Origin: a virus
Lineage: Duplodnaviria > Caudoviricetes
IMG/VR virus record: IMGVR_UViG_3300032332_000938
Location: 1-37,298 of that record
DNA: 37,298 nucleotides
Direction: 5' to 3' (one strand)
Shown here: in pieces, positions 9,463 to 17,791 of the stretch
Layout: every line of letters starts with the position of its first letter
How positions within the stretch are numbered: the first letter of the stretch is position 1
The notes under the pieces: model-generated
The model's database searches: none
Told to the model about the DNA's origin: nothing
The model's input: only the letters and a program-made list of their open reading frames with translations
Position numbers and translations under genes: made by a program

Positions 9463-10269
9463 ATGGCTATTACGACGCTTGATGGTGTACTTGCGGGCAT
9501 GCAGCCTACGTCACACTTCCTCAAAGTTGGTGTGGCGATGGAAGGCGCTGGCATTATGCATTCGCACGCCTATTCGACGGGTTCGCCCGGTGCGATTGCT
9601 ACGCCTGCGCCCGGTATTGCTGGCGCAGCGCTCACCACATTGAGTGGGTCACTACCATGGACTAACCCAGTTAGCGGCAATAGCTATCTAGCGCGATTAA
9701 CAGCGAACGCGAACGCGGCCGGTACGCTGATATTGGTTGACAGGTTGTGGCATAACAGCGGAATCACGGTGACGACAACGACCGCGCAGACCGTAAACAG
9801 TGCGACGTTTCCAGCGCGCGATCGCAACGGTACGACAAACGGCGATGACATCCTGATCGGCATCGAGGTGTCAAACGCTACTGGTAACGGTGCGAACATC
9901 ACCAACACCACGATGTCGTACACCAACAGTGCTGGCACGGCTGGTAAGACTGCAACGATGGCATCATTCCCGCAGACGGCTAATGCTGGCACGTTCGTGC
10001 CGTTCCAGCTTGCGGCTGGTGACGTCGGTGTGCGTTCGATTCAGAGCCTTACGCTGGGCACATCTTATTCGAGCGGTACCATTCACCTTGTCGCCTACCG
10101 CGTTCTATCACGCGTAGATGTAGCAGTCGCAAACATTGGCAACGCAGTGGACGCGCTGACAGGTGGCTTTCCGCGGTTGTATGACAACACTGTGCCGATG
10201 CTGCTCTGGCTTCCATCGGCGACTACTGCTGTCACTATTCTCGGCGAGTTCATCGTCACGCAGGGGTAG
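9463..10269 (+). CDS. virion structural protein
   Basis: 268 aa, MAITTLDG start, DRLW, L.AGD.GVRSIQS; codon usage differs from flanking genes. Confidence 0.7.
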   Translation: MAITTLDGVLAGMQPTSHFLKVGVAMEGAGIMHSHAYSTGSPGAIATPAPGIAGAALTTLSGSLPWTNPVSGNSYLARLTANANAAGTLILVDRLWHNSGITVTTTTAQTVNSATFPARDRNGTTNGDDILIGIEVSNATGNGANITNTTMSYTNSAGTAGKTATMASFPQTANAGTFVPFQLAAGDVGVRSIQSLTLGTSYSSGTIHLVAYRVLSRVDVAVANIGNAVDALTGGFPRLYDNTVPMLLWLPSATTAVTILGEFIVTQG

Positions 10270-10272
10270 CCG

Positions 10273-11013
10273 ATGGCTATCAACGGTCAAGGCGATACGC
10301 TGAGGTCAAGCTGGCTGCAGCTTGCCCGAGGGTACGGCCAATCAGAAGGCAATACACGTCTGCTGTATCGGCCGATAACGACCGCAAATATATCTGCAGA
10401 TTCTGCAGGCATGTGGAAGCAATTTGTTTTTGGTACTGCTACTACCGTTGCTGCAGGTATTAGTGCTGAGGCTAATACGAGTCTTGCTGGTACTGCGCTT
10501 CGTGGTGCGGTGCTTGTTAGTGGTGGTATTACTGTTGAGTCTGATGCGGCTCTTGCTGCTACAACGCTGTTCTCGTTTAAGCAGCTTGGTGGTATAACAG
10601 TTGAGACTGATACGGCGCTTGCTGGTACTATTTATAGTACGCATATTGAGCCTGGTTTTGTTGCTAACGAAACCGATTCGTCGCTTGCTGCTACTCCTGT
10701 TCTTACTAATAGTGTTACTGGTGGTATAAGCACTTCTGTTGAATCGGCTCTTGCTGGTACGCTTATTACAGGATCAACTTTCCATGCTGGTATCAGCACG
10801 GAAACGGATTCTGCACTAACTGGGTCTGTGCTTCTTAGTGGCCGGTTTGTTGTTGGTGGTATAACAACAGAATCTGATGCGTCGCTTACTGGTACTGTTG
10901 TTGTTTCAGGAAGTTTTGTTGGCGGTATTAGTAGCGAAACAGATGAGGCACTTACTGGTAGTGCAATAACACAAACATACGTGAAACCATTACTTTTGTT
11001 GGGCGTTGGGTAG
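10273..11013 (+). CDS. repeat-containing fibre-like virion protein
   Basis: About 8 imperfect repeats of roughly 22 aa with core GGI(T/S)xE(T/S)DxAL(A/T)G; ends LLLLGVG. Confidence 0.7.
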   Translation: MAINGQGDTLRSSWLQLARGYGQSEGNTRLLYRPITTANISADSAGMWKQFVFGTATTVAAGISAEANTSLAGTALRGAVLVSGGITVESDAALAATTLFSFKQLGGITVETDTALAGTIYSTHIEPGFVANETDSSLAATPVLTNSVTGGISTSVESALAGTLITGSTFHAGISTETDSALTGSVLLSGRFVVGGITTESDASLTGTVVVSGSFVGGISSETDEALTGSAITQTYVKPLLLLGVG

Positions 11014-11033
11014 ATTATTAGAAGAGGTAAATT

Positions 11034-11462
11034 ATGAGTGTTAATCCTGGAAATCCAATCGCTGTAAGCACCGCAGGGTCACACAAAACGTGTGATGTTA
11101 TGTTCGGTGGTAGCGTAGTCGCTCAGGCTGTTGTATCAGAGGGCGCGAAGGGTTCAACGGTTGCGTTTGTTGATGGTAGTGTCACGGCGCGTTATGGGCC
11201 TGGTGAGTACGAGTTCAAGTTTTATGGTGGGTCGAGTCCATTGAGTCGGATGTCTGCTCGGGTGAATGATTATGATGATCATGCTGAGCAGGGTGTGGCG
11301 CTTCCTGAGCCGATTGGTTCGCATGGTTGGCTTGTTGTGCATGATGAACCGCAGCAGCCGGTTGTGAATCTTGATGTGGATGCTTCACATAATTTTGTGC
11401 ATGTAGCGATGATTATTGTGTTGGCTAATCTTATTGCTGATGTGGTGCTGCGTTATGTCTAA
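11034..11462 (+). CDS. hypothetical protein with hydrophobic C-terminus
   Basis: GAGG RBS; C-terminal FVHVAMIIVLANLIADVVL could be a membrane segment. Confidence 0.7.
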   Translation: MSVNPGNPIAVSTAGSHKTCDVMFGGSVVAQAVVSEGAKGSTVAFVDGSVTARYGPGEYEFKFYGGSSPLSRMSARVNDYDDHAEQGVALPEPIGSHGWLVVHDEPQQPVVNLDVDASHNFVHVAMIIVLANLIADVVLRYV

Positions 11463-12153
11463 TGCTGCTGCGATTATTGATCGCGTGTGTGCGATGGCTA
11501 AGTTGAATACTACGGCTGGTAGTACGGATCGCGCGTTAGTGTTGTCGTTCTTGAATGAGGCGATGGCACGAGTATGTAGTGCGGTTGATATTCGTGTGCT
11601 TGCTGATACGACTGTTTCGCTTACGCAGGGACAGGCGGTGTATACGCTGAATAGTAGTCCGTTCCCGACGGATATGATTATGCTACTTGATGTGGTGTTG
11701 ACTGATAATAGTGTCACTAATCAGCCGATTCGTCAGGTGAGTATGACTCGTATGCGTGAGCTTCGTGGTGGTGCTACTACGAACGAGTCGCCGTATGTTT
11801 ATGCTGTTGACTACCCGCAGTTTGTTCTGTTTCCGAATCCTGATACGAATGCTTCTTTAAGTATTAGTTATAGTAAGGATCCTGCTGCGCTTACTGATGC
11901 TGGTACGAGTATTACGTTGTTTCCTGAGGCGTTCCAGTGGGGGTGCTTGTACGAGTTCGCGCTTGCTAAGGCTTTTGAGTTTAAGAAGCAGCCCGAGTCT
12001 GGTGAGCATATGAATGCGTTCTTGTTGGATCGGGTTGCTGGGTTGCCTGCGTTGAAGCGTTGGAAGGCGCTTAGTGGTGGCCGTAATTTGCCTGTTGACG
12101 AGTCGGGTAAGTGGAAGTATCGGACTACTACCAGTCAGGACTTCGGATTTTGA
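11455..12153 (+). CDS. head-tail adaptor (P22 gp4/T7 gp11-like position)
   Basis: ATG 11455; FLNEA, G...Y.L, P.PD......I.Y, P..F....L...AL..AF pattern typical of podoviral adaptors. Confidence 0.75.
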   Translation: MSNAAAIIDRVCAMAKLNTTAGSTDRALVLSFLNEAMARVCSAVDIRVLADTTVSLTQGQAVYTLNSSPFPTDMIMLLDVVLTDNSVTNQPIRQVSMTRMRELRGGATTNESPYVYAVDYPQFVLFPNPDTNASLSISYSKDPAALTDAGTSITLFPEAFQWGCLYEFALAKAFEFKKQPESGEHMNAFLLDRVAGLPALKRWKALSGGRNLPVDESGKWKYRTTTSQDFGF

Positions 12154-14012
12154 GTAACCAGATCTCTTATAGTAATGGGAAGTTCACTCTTGTATTAGAC
12201 GAAGTTTTGTCTAATTGTCCGTACCCTAAATATAATCGTAAAAGTTCTGATGCTGATCTTGTCATAGGAACTATTCACCACGACGAGTTTGTTTCTAATC
12301 GTGGTCGTGTTGTTAAAGCCACGTCTGGTGCTGCTCAGGCTACTGGCGCTACGAATGGATTTGCTTCGTATCTTGGGCGCCCTAAAAGTGGTTTGAGTTA
12401 TTCTACGTATTATGCGCTTGGGTCGGTGAATCAAACTAAGTATTATCGTGATTCTGATGGTGCTTGGGTTAATACGAATTATTCAGCATCAACTATGCTG
12501 TCAGCTAATCCGTATTTAACTGCCTCTACAATGGTTAGTGACATTCTTGTTGCTGGTATGGGATCGCTTAATGTTGGTGCTGCGCCCCAGGTTGATCCTG
12601 ATCGTATGATTCTTTTTGGTGGCACGTCGCATACCACTATTACTACGGGCACTGCTACGTTTACTACTGGATCAAAAACCGTTTCACTATCTAGCGCATT
12701 GTCTGCTGGTGATCAGACGGCTATTGTTGGGTCTTTTATTGTTAATACGCAGGATACTAATCAGTGTGCGTATCGTGTTACTTCCGTAGCGTCTTCCACA
12801 AGTATCACCATTGACCGTAATTATGGTGGCAGTCGCAGCGCTGCTGCGTCTACTTACATTATTAGCCCAGCGTATAGTTTTACTGTTGACTCTACTGTTG
12901 ACGCTTCTAGTGGTAATTATCTTGTTGGCCGTTCGTGTGTAAGCGCATGGGGCCGTTTGGTAGTTATGAATACTACGTCTAATGTGTCTTCTGCGTCGAA
13001 GGATTTTGTTCGTAATCGTATTCGTTGGAGTGGAGCGATTGGTTCAGTAGTAGAAGGAGCCGCTCCATTTATTGGAATGTATGCTTGGGATGCGAATGGG
13101 TACTTGGATCTTCCCGCTCAGGGTGGTGCTGGTGTTCAACTTATTAAGCATGGCAATGCTGTTGTCGCTATGCAACAGTTTGGTATGACTGTTATTTATG
13201 GTTCTCCAACATTTAATGACATTGGATCATTGGATGTATCAACATACTTCGATAATTTGCGTCCATTGAAGGGTGTTAGTACACCATACGGATTGTTCTT
13301 TTTGGATCGCTTTAATGGTCTTATGGTGTGGAATGGTGGAACACCGAGGGTTGCCACTAATTTTGATTCTGTTAATTATGTGTTTAACGACATCGTTAAT
13401 CAGGCTTCTGGTACTGTAGAAATTGAATACTATAATGATTATTTGATTATTTCTTCGTCTAAGAATTCTGCATCAAAAGCATTCTTATATCACATTCCTA
13501 CTGCTAAATGGTCGTGGATGATTTTTGGTGATGGTAATGGATACTCATGGGTTCAAAAGGGAAGAACTTTTGGGTCGCTAACAGAAAAAGTTGACCACCC
13601 AATTGTTGCTATTAGCAGTGGTTCTTATACTGATCTTGTTATTCTAAGTAATGTTATTGATAAGAATGCAACAGAAGACTTATCCACGGTAGATTTTTCT
13701 GACTGGGATAACACGTCAACTAATTTTTTGCTAACAACAACTAAGCAATTTGGCGACCCAAGCGTTCGCTTGCGTCCAGAACGCTTAAATATTACGTATA
13801 AAACGTCGGTAAATAATTACACGACAATTACAATGCCAAGTAATGAGACCATTACGCTTCCTACAACTTCTGGAACTTGGCAAACAAGAGTGTTCGAACT
13901 TCAGCAAGCCGCAGCAAGAAACGAAGTTTATTTAAGTATCGTTGGCGCTAATTGTGTAATAGCTTCCATTGTTATTGAAGGAACTATTGAAGGAGAAGTT
14001 TCTTCAGTATGA
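12150..14012 (+). CDS. tail nozzle/tubular protein (beta-propeller type)
   Basis: TTGA overlap start; about 620 aa; GRLVV, RIRWS, TPYGLFFL..NGL..WNG motifs typical of gp10/gp12-like proteins. Confidence 0.7.
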   Translation: MSNQISYSNGKFTLVLDEVLSNCPYPKYNRKSSDADLVIGTIHHDEFVSNRGRVVKATSGAAQATGATNGFASYLGRPKSGLSYSTYYALGSVNQTKYYRDSDGAWVNTNYSASTMLSANPYLTASTMVSDILVAGMGSLNVGAAPQVDPDRMILFGGTSHTTITTGTATFTTGSKTVSLSSALSAGDQTAIVGSFIVNTQDTNQCAYRVTSVASSTSITIDRNYGGSRSAAASTYIISPAYSFTVDSTVDASSGNYLVGRSCVSAWGRLVVMNTTSNVSSASKDFVRNRIRWSGAIGSVVEGAAPFIGMYAWDANGYLDLPAQGGAGVQLIKHGNAVVAMQQFGMTVIYGSPTFNDIGSLDVSTYFDNLRPLKGVSTPYGLFFLDRFNGLMVWNGGTPRVATNFDSVNYVFNDIVNQASGTVEIEYYNDYLIISSSKNSASKAFLYHIPTAKWSWMIFGDGNGYSWVQKGRTFGSLTEKVDHPIVAISSGSYTDLVILSNVIDKNATEDLSTVDFSDWDNTSTNFLLTTTKQFGDPSVRLRPERLNITYKTSVNNYTTITMPSNETITLPTTSGTWQTRVFELQQAAARNEVYLSIVGANCVIASIVIEGTIEGEVSSV

Positions 14013-15190
14013 ATCCTTCTGACAACAATTTTGAGGATCGTGTTCTTTCCATCATGGATAGTCGGCTAAAGCCAAGCCGACATGAGAATGATGATCATCT
14101 TGATAAGGCGTTGCTTGTTCAAAAGTTGAAGCCGGGTAGTGCTGGTCAGGTTATTGGTTCATCGGATGGGAAGAACGCTATTTGGTCTTCGCTCGCTGGC
14201 CTTGGATTATTAACTAATACTGCGCTTACTGGTGTGCCGACGGCTCCGACGGCTGCGGCGGGTACGAATACTACGCAGGTTGCTACGACTGCTTATGGGA
14301 TGTTGATGGCTGCGGAGTCTGTGGCTGCGATGTATCCTGGGCAGGAGGGTGTTGTTACTACTAATAGTACGCCGTGGATTAATAAGACGGATGGTACGGA
14401 TACTGGTAGTGGTATTCCTGGCGAGTATGCGATGACTGCTGGTGGTGCGGCGTTGCAGGTTGTGGTTGCTGCTGGTCGCGTGTTAGCGAAAACTACGACG
14501 GGTGAAGTGGCTTATGCTCGTACTACTGCTTCAACTACGATTACTGTTACTACTGCTAATGCTACTAATCCGCGTATTGATCGTGTGGTTGTTGATAGTA
14601 GTGGTGTAGTTAGTGTGGTTGCTGGTACTCCGACGGTTGGTGCTACGCTTACGAATGAGACTGGTATCGCTGCTGAACCGTCGAATAGTATTACTGTTGG
14701 TGCGATTCTTGTTCCGGCTTTGTTCGCTAGTACGTTTACTCCTGCTACGCATTTTAAGGATAAGCGTAAGATTTGTGTGAGTCCTGGCGCGGTGGTTGCT
14801 GTTGCGTATCGTAGTACGTTCTTAAATATTGTTACGGCTAATACTGATGAGAAGATCACTAATGCAGATATTGTGAATCTTATTAGTCCGTGTACGGGTG
14901 TTATTTTGAATGGTGCTTGTACTCGTCAGCGTATGGGAACTGCGGCTGCTGCTACTGATAACTGTCGTCTTGGTATCTGGGAAGGTACTGCTATTGCTGG
15001 TGGTACGAAGTTGATGGAACATTTTTCTACGAGTGGTGTTGCGTCTTCGTATGTTGGTGGTCACGCACCGAAGTATCATTATGCTCCGTGGGATGGTACG
15101 AAAAGTTTTTTTCTTGCGCATCTAATTAGCGAAGTGACTGGTACTCGCGCTACTGAGGCTCCTATTTATTTGGAAGCAATTGCTAGATAG
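14009..15190 (+). CDS. tail fibre/spike protein
   Basis: LTGVPTAPTAAAGTNTTQVATTAY fibre motif and NPRIDRVV motif. Confidence 0.75.
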   Translation: MNPSDNNFEDRVLSIMDSRLKPSRHENDDHLDKALLVQKLKPGSAGQVIGSSDGKNAIWSSLAGLGLLTNTALTGVPTAPTAAAGTNTTQVATTAYGMLMAAESVAAMYPGQEGVVTTNSTPWINKTDGTDTGSGIPGEYAMTAGGAALQVVVAAGRVLAKTTTGEVAYARTTASTTITVTTANATNPRIDRVVVDSSGVVSVVAGTPTVGATLTNETGIAAEPSNSITVGAILVPALFASTFTPATHFKDKRKICVSPGAVVAVAYRSTFLNIVTANTDEKITNADIVNLISPCTGVILNGACTRQRMGTAAAATDNCRLGIWEGTAIAGGTKLMEHFSTSGVASSYVGGHAPKYHYAPWDGTKSFFLAHLISEVTGTRATEAPIYLEAIAR

Positions 15191-15238
15191 TGCGCTTATT
15201 TGTAGGGGTTTTACGGGTACATATAGTGGGGGGATTGT

Positions 15239-15820
15239 ATGAGAACATCTTTTGGAGGGGGCGGTGGTAGTGCCGCTCCTAAAAGTAGGCAGAAACCGAA
15301 GAAGTCTAGTGGTGACAAGATCGGTACTGTGCTTGCTGATTTAATTAAGAATGTGGGTACGACGGTTCAGAAGTCGGCTAATGAAGCGACTGCTAAGCAG
15401 ATGCCTAAAGTTGCTAAGCAGCGTGGGTTTCATGTTGTTGGTAATCAAGCATATTTTTCTAATGCTTCCGGCCAAGTGCAGCCTGTTCTGGGTAAGAAAT
15501 TGTCTGAGCTTCTGGCTGCTGCTAATCCTTCTGGTGGTAAGTATGGGGCGCGTGTTTATCGTAACAATGTGCGTCTTGGTGGGGCTGATGTTCTTGCGTC
15601 TTTGCAGTCTGCAATCGACCAGATCAATCATGGTAATAAGGCTTTTAAAGCGCAGCAGGATAAGCTTGTTGTTCGTACTGGCCCAAATAATCGTCCTGTG
15701 ATGCCGATGGTGTGGGGTATGCAGCCTGGTGGTGTGCAGGGGCTTGGGCCTGTTGTTAATACGCCTGAGTATGATGCGTATAAGCCTGGTGAGATTGTTT
15801 ACAAGTCTGGTGGTTTTTAG
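15239..15820 (+). CDS. basic hypothetical protein (putative internal virion protein)
   Basis: 193 aa, G-rich RBS, first gene of the Lys/Ala/Gln-rich block. Confidence 0.7.
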   Translation: MRTSFGGGGGSAAPKSRQKPKKSSGDKIGTVLADLIKNVGTTVQKSANEATAKQMPKVAKQRGFHVVGNQAYFSNASGQVQPVLGKKLSELLAAANPSGGKYGARVYRNNVRLGGADVLASLQSAIDQINHGNKAFKAQQDKLVVRTGPNNRPVMPMVWGMQPGGVQGLGPVVNTPEYDAYKPGEIVYKSGGF

Positions 15821-15821
15821 G

Positions 15822-16541
15822 ATGGCTGTTGCTCCTAAATATTTTTCCGGTAGCCCACTTGTTAATTATGGTGGTGCTACGAATCGTATGGTTCAGAATA
15901 AGTCTGCTGCTGCTATGCGTGGTGGTGCGGCTGGTAGTACTACTAAACCGCGTCCTTCTCGCGCTCAGATACATACGATGTATACGAAGCAAATGACAAG
16001 AACTGCTCCTCCGCAGAAAACTGTGTCTACGTATAAGCCTGGGATTCTGAATCCGAATGCTACTAAGCAGACTCCTAAGCCTACGACTGCTCCTGGTATT
16101 GGCAAGGAATGGCGTTGGGTTAAGGGGCGTGGTTGGGTTCCTGCGTGGATTGGTAGTGTGGATCCTCGTAATGCTGCTTATTGGTCTGCGTATCAGCAGG
16201 GTGCTGCTCAGTACGAATCTCAGAAGGCTGCTAATGCTCGTGATTATGCGCGTGGGTTGGCTGCTCAGCGCGAGTCTGCGTTGAGTGATTTGTATTCTCA
16301 GAATGCTGCGCTTGCTTCGCGTGGTCTTGCTAGTAGTGGTGGTGTTGGTCAGGCGTATGATCGTCTTGGTCGTGCGAATGCTGCTGCGCTTGATCAGCTT
16401 AGTGCGCAGTATGGTGATGTAGCTGCGCAGAATCTTGCGAATACATGGGCTATGCAGCAGCTTGATTTGATGAATCAAGCGGCGCGTGATTATGCGGCTG
16501 CTCATCCTGGTAGTAAGTATTTGGCTCAGTATTTGAAGTAG
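15822..16541 (+). CDS. putative ejection/internal virion protein
   Basis: ATG 15822; A.LASRGL..SG motif and Ala/Gln-rich helices typical of podoviral injection proteins. Confidence 0.7.
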   Translation: MAVAPKYFSGSPLVNYGGATNRMVQNKSAAAMRGGAAGSTTKPRPSRAQIHTMYTKQMTRTAPPQKTVSTYKPGILNPNATKQTPKPTTAPGIGKEWRWVKGRGWVPAWIGSVDPRNAAYWSAYQQGAAQYESQKAANARDYARGLAAQRESALSDLYSQNAALASRGLASSGGVGQAYDRLGRANAAALDQLSAQYGDVAAQNLANTWAMQQLDLMNQAARDYAAAHPGSKYLAQYLK

Positions 16542-16551
16542 AGGTCGGTTT

Positions 16552-17787
16552 ATGGCTAAGAAGAAGAATCAGAAATTAGATCCGCTGTATAATCGTCCTC
16601 CTGTTGTTGGAGTGCCTGGTGGTGGTAAGCCGTTTCCGCGTCCTGGTCGTCCTGGTGCTAAGCCTAAGCCTGCTAATCCTGTAGTTTCGAAGCCTATTGC
16701 GCCTAAGCCAATTGTGCCGAAGCCTATTGCTCCTACTCCGGTTGCGCCGAAGCCTGTTGCGCCGAAGCCTCCTGTGAAGCAGCAGCAGCCTCCTAAGCCT
16801 TCGACTGCTCCGAAGAGTGGGTTTCGTTGGCATTTTAAGAATGGTAAGTGGCAGCAGGTTAAAAAGCTGGATTATATTAGTAATGAGATTGAGAATCAGA
16901 TTGCTCAAGCTCAGCGTGTTAGTGATTATCAGCAGAAGTTCGCTAAGAGTGTTTATGATCAGATGGCGTCTGATGCTCAGCGTCTTGCTGCTGCGTACCA
17001 ACCGACTCAGTTTACTGGACCAGAGGCGTTGTCTGGTAATCGGTGGGCTGATTTGTATGCGCGTACTGGAGGCGCTGCGGCTGCTGCTCAGAATCTTGCT
17101 ACTCTTCAAAGTGTTGGCGCATCGCGTGCGAATCTTGGCCGGCAACAATTGGAGTATGCTCGGTACTTGCGTAGCCAGAAGCCTTATTTGCAGCAGCAAT
17201 ACCAGTCAGAGTTGGATAAGCAGCGTCTTTCACAATTACAGGCTGATATAGCTGCGCAGTATAAGCAGGGCCAGTTGAATCTTGGTTACGATAAGCTGGC
17301 TTCGCAGGAGCGTGTTGCTGCAGCAAAGATTACTACTGCTAATCAGCGTGCGCAGGCTAGTGCTACTGCTCGGTTTACTTCTGACCAGCAGAAGCAGCTT
17401 GCTAGTCTTCGTAAGGAACTATTTAAAACAACTGTTTTTAAGAAGCCTGATGGTACGCCTGATACGCGATGGGTTGCTCCTCGCCAACCGTTCCGTACGT
17501 CTATGGAGCGTATCATGGAACTGGGGTATCGTCCGGTTGATGCTGCTCGTATCGCTGCGCAATGGGCGTCTGCTTCTGACAAGCAAGCAGGAAAACCTAT
17601 TACGTTCAAGCCTAACGCTGCGTATGGGTTGTATAAAGCAATGGTTAATCGTGGTGTGCGACCGCGTTATGCTGAGTCGATTGTGCGACAATACTATTCT
17701 GGGTTTTCAGCTAAGGCTTCCGCTGCTCAGCGTAAAAAGATGGCTGATCTTATGAAGGCTGCTGCTAACGCGGCGCACGGTAGGTAG
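16552..17787 (+). CDS. putative ejection protein with Pro/Lys-rich N-terminus
   Basis: PKP(I/V)(A/V) pentamer repeats, then Ala/Gln-rich coiled-coil. Confidence 0.7.
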   Translation: MAKKKNQKLDPLYNRPPVVGVPGGGKPFPRPGRPGAKPKPANPVVSKPIAPKPIVPKPIAPTPVAPKPVAPKPPVKQQQPPKPSTAPKSGFRWHFKNGKWQQVKKLDYISNEIENQIAQAQRVSDYQQKFAKSVYDQMASDAQRLAAAYQPTQFTGPEALSGNRWADLYARTGGAAAAAQNLATLQSVGASRANLGRQQLEYARYLRSQKPYLQQQYQSELDKQRLSQLQADIAAQYKQGQLNLGYDKLASQERVAAAKITTANQRAQASATARFTSDQQKQLASLRKELFKTTVFKKPDGTPDTRWVAPRQPFRTSMERIMELGYRPVDAARIAAQWASASDKQAGKPITFKPNAAYGLYKAMVNRGVRPRYAESIVRQYYSGFSAKASAAQRKKMADLMKAAANAAHGR

Positions 17788-17791
17788 TCGT

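Noticed and set aside
7347-15190. Invertible tail-fibre cassette or diversity-generating retroelement
   Set aside because: No inverted fibre fragments, flanking inverted repeats, template/variable repeat pair or reverse transcriptase seen by eye.
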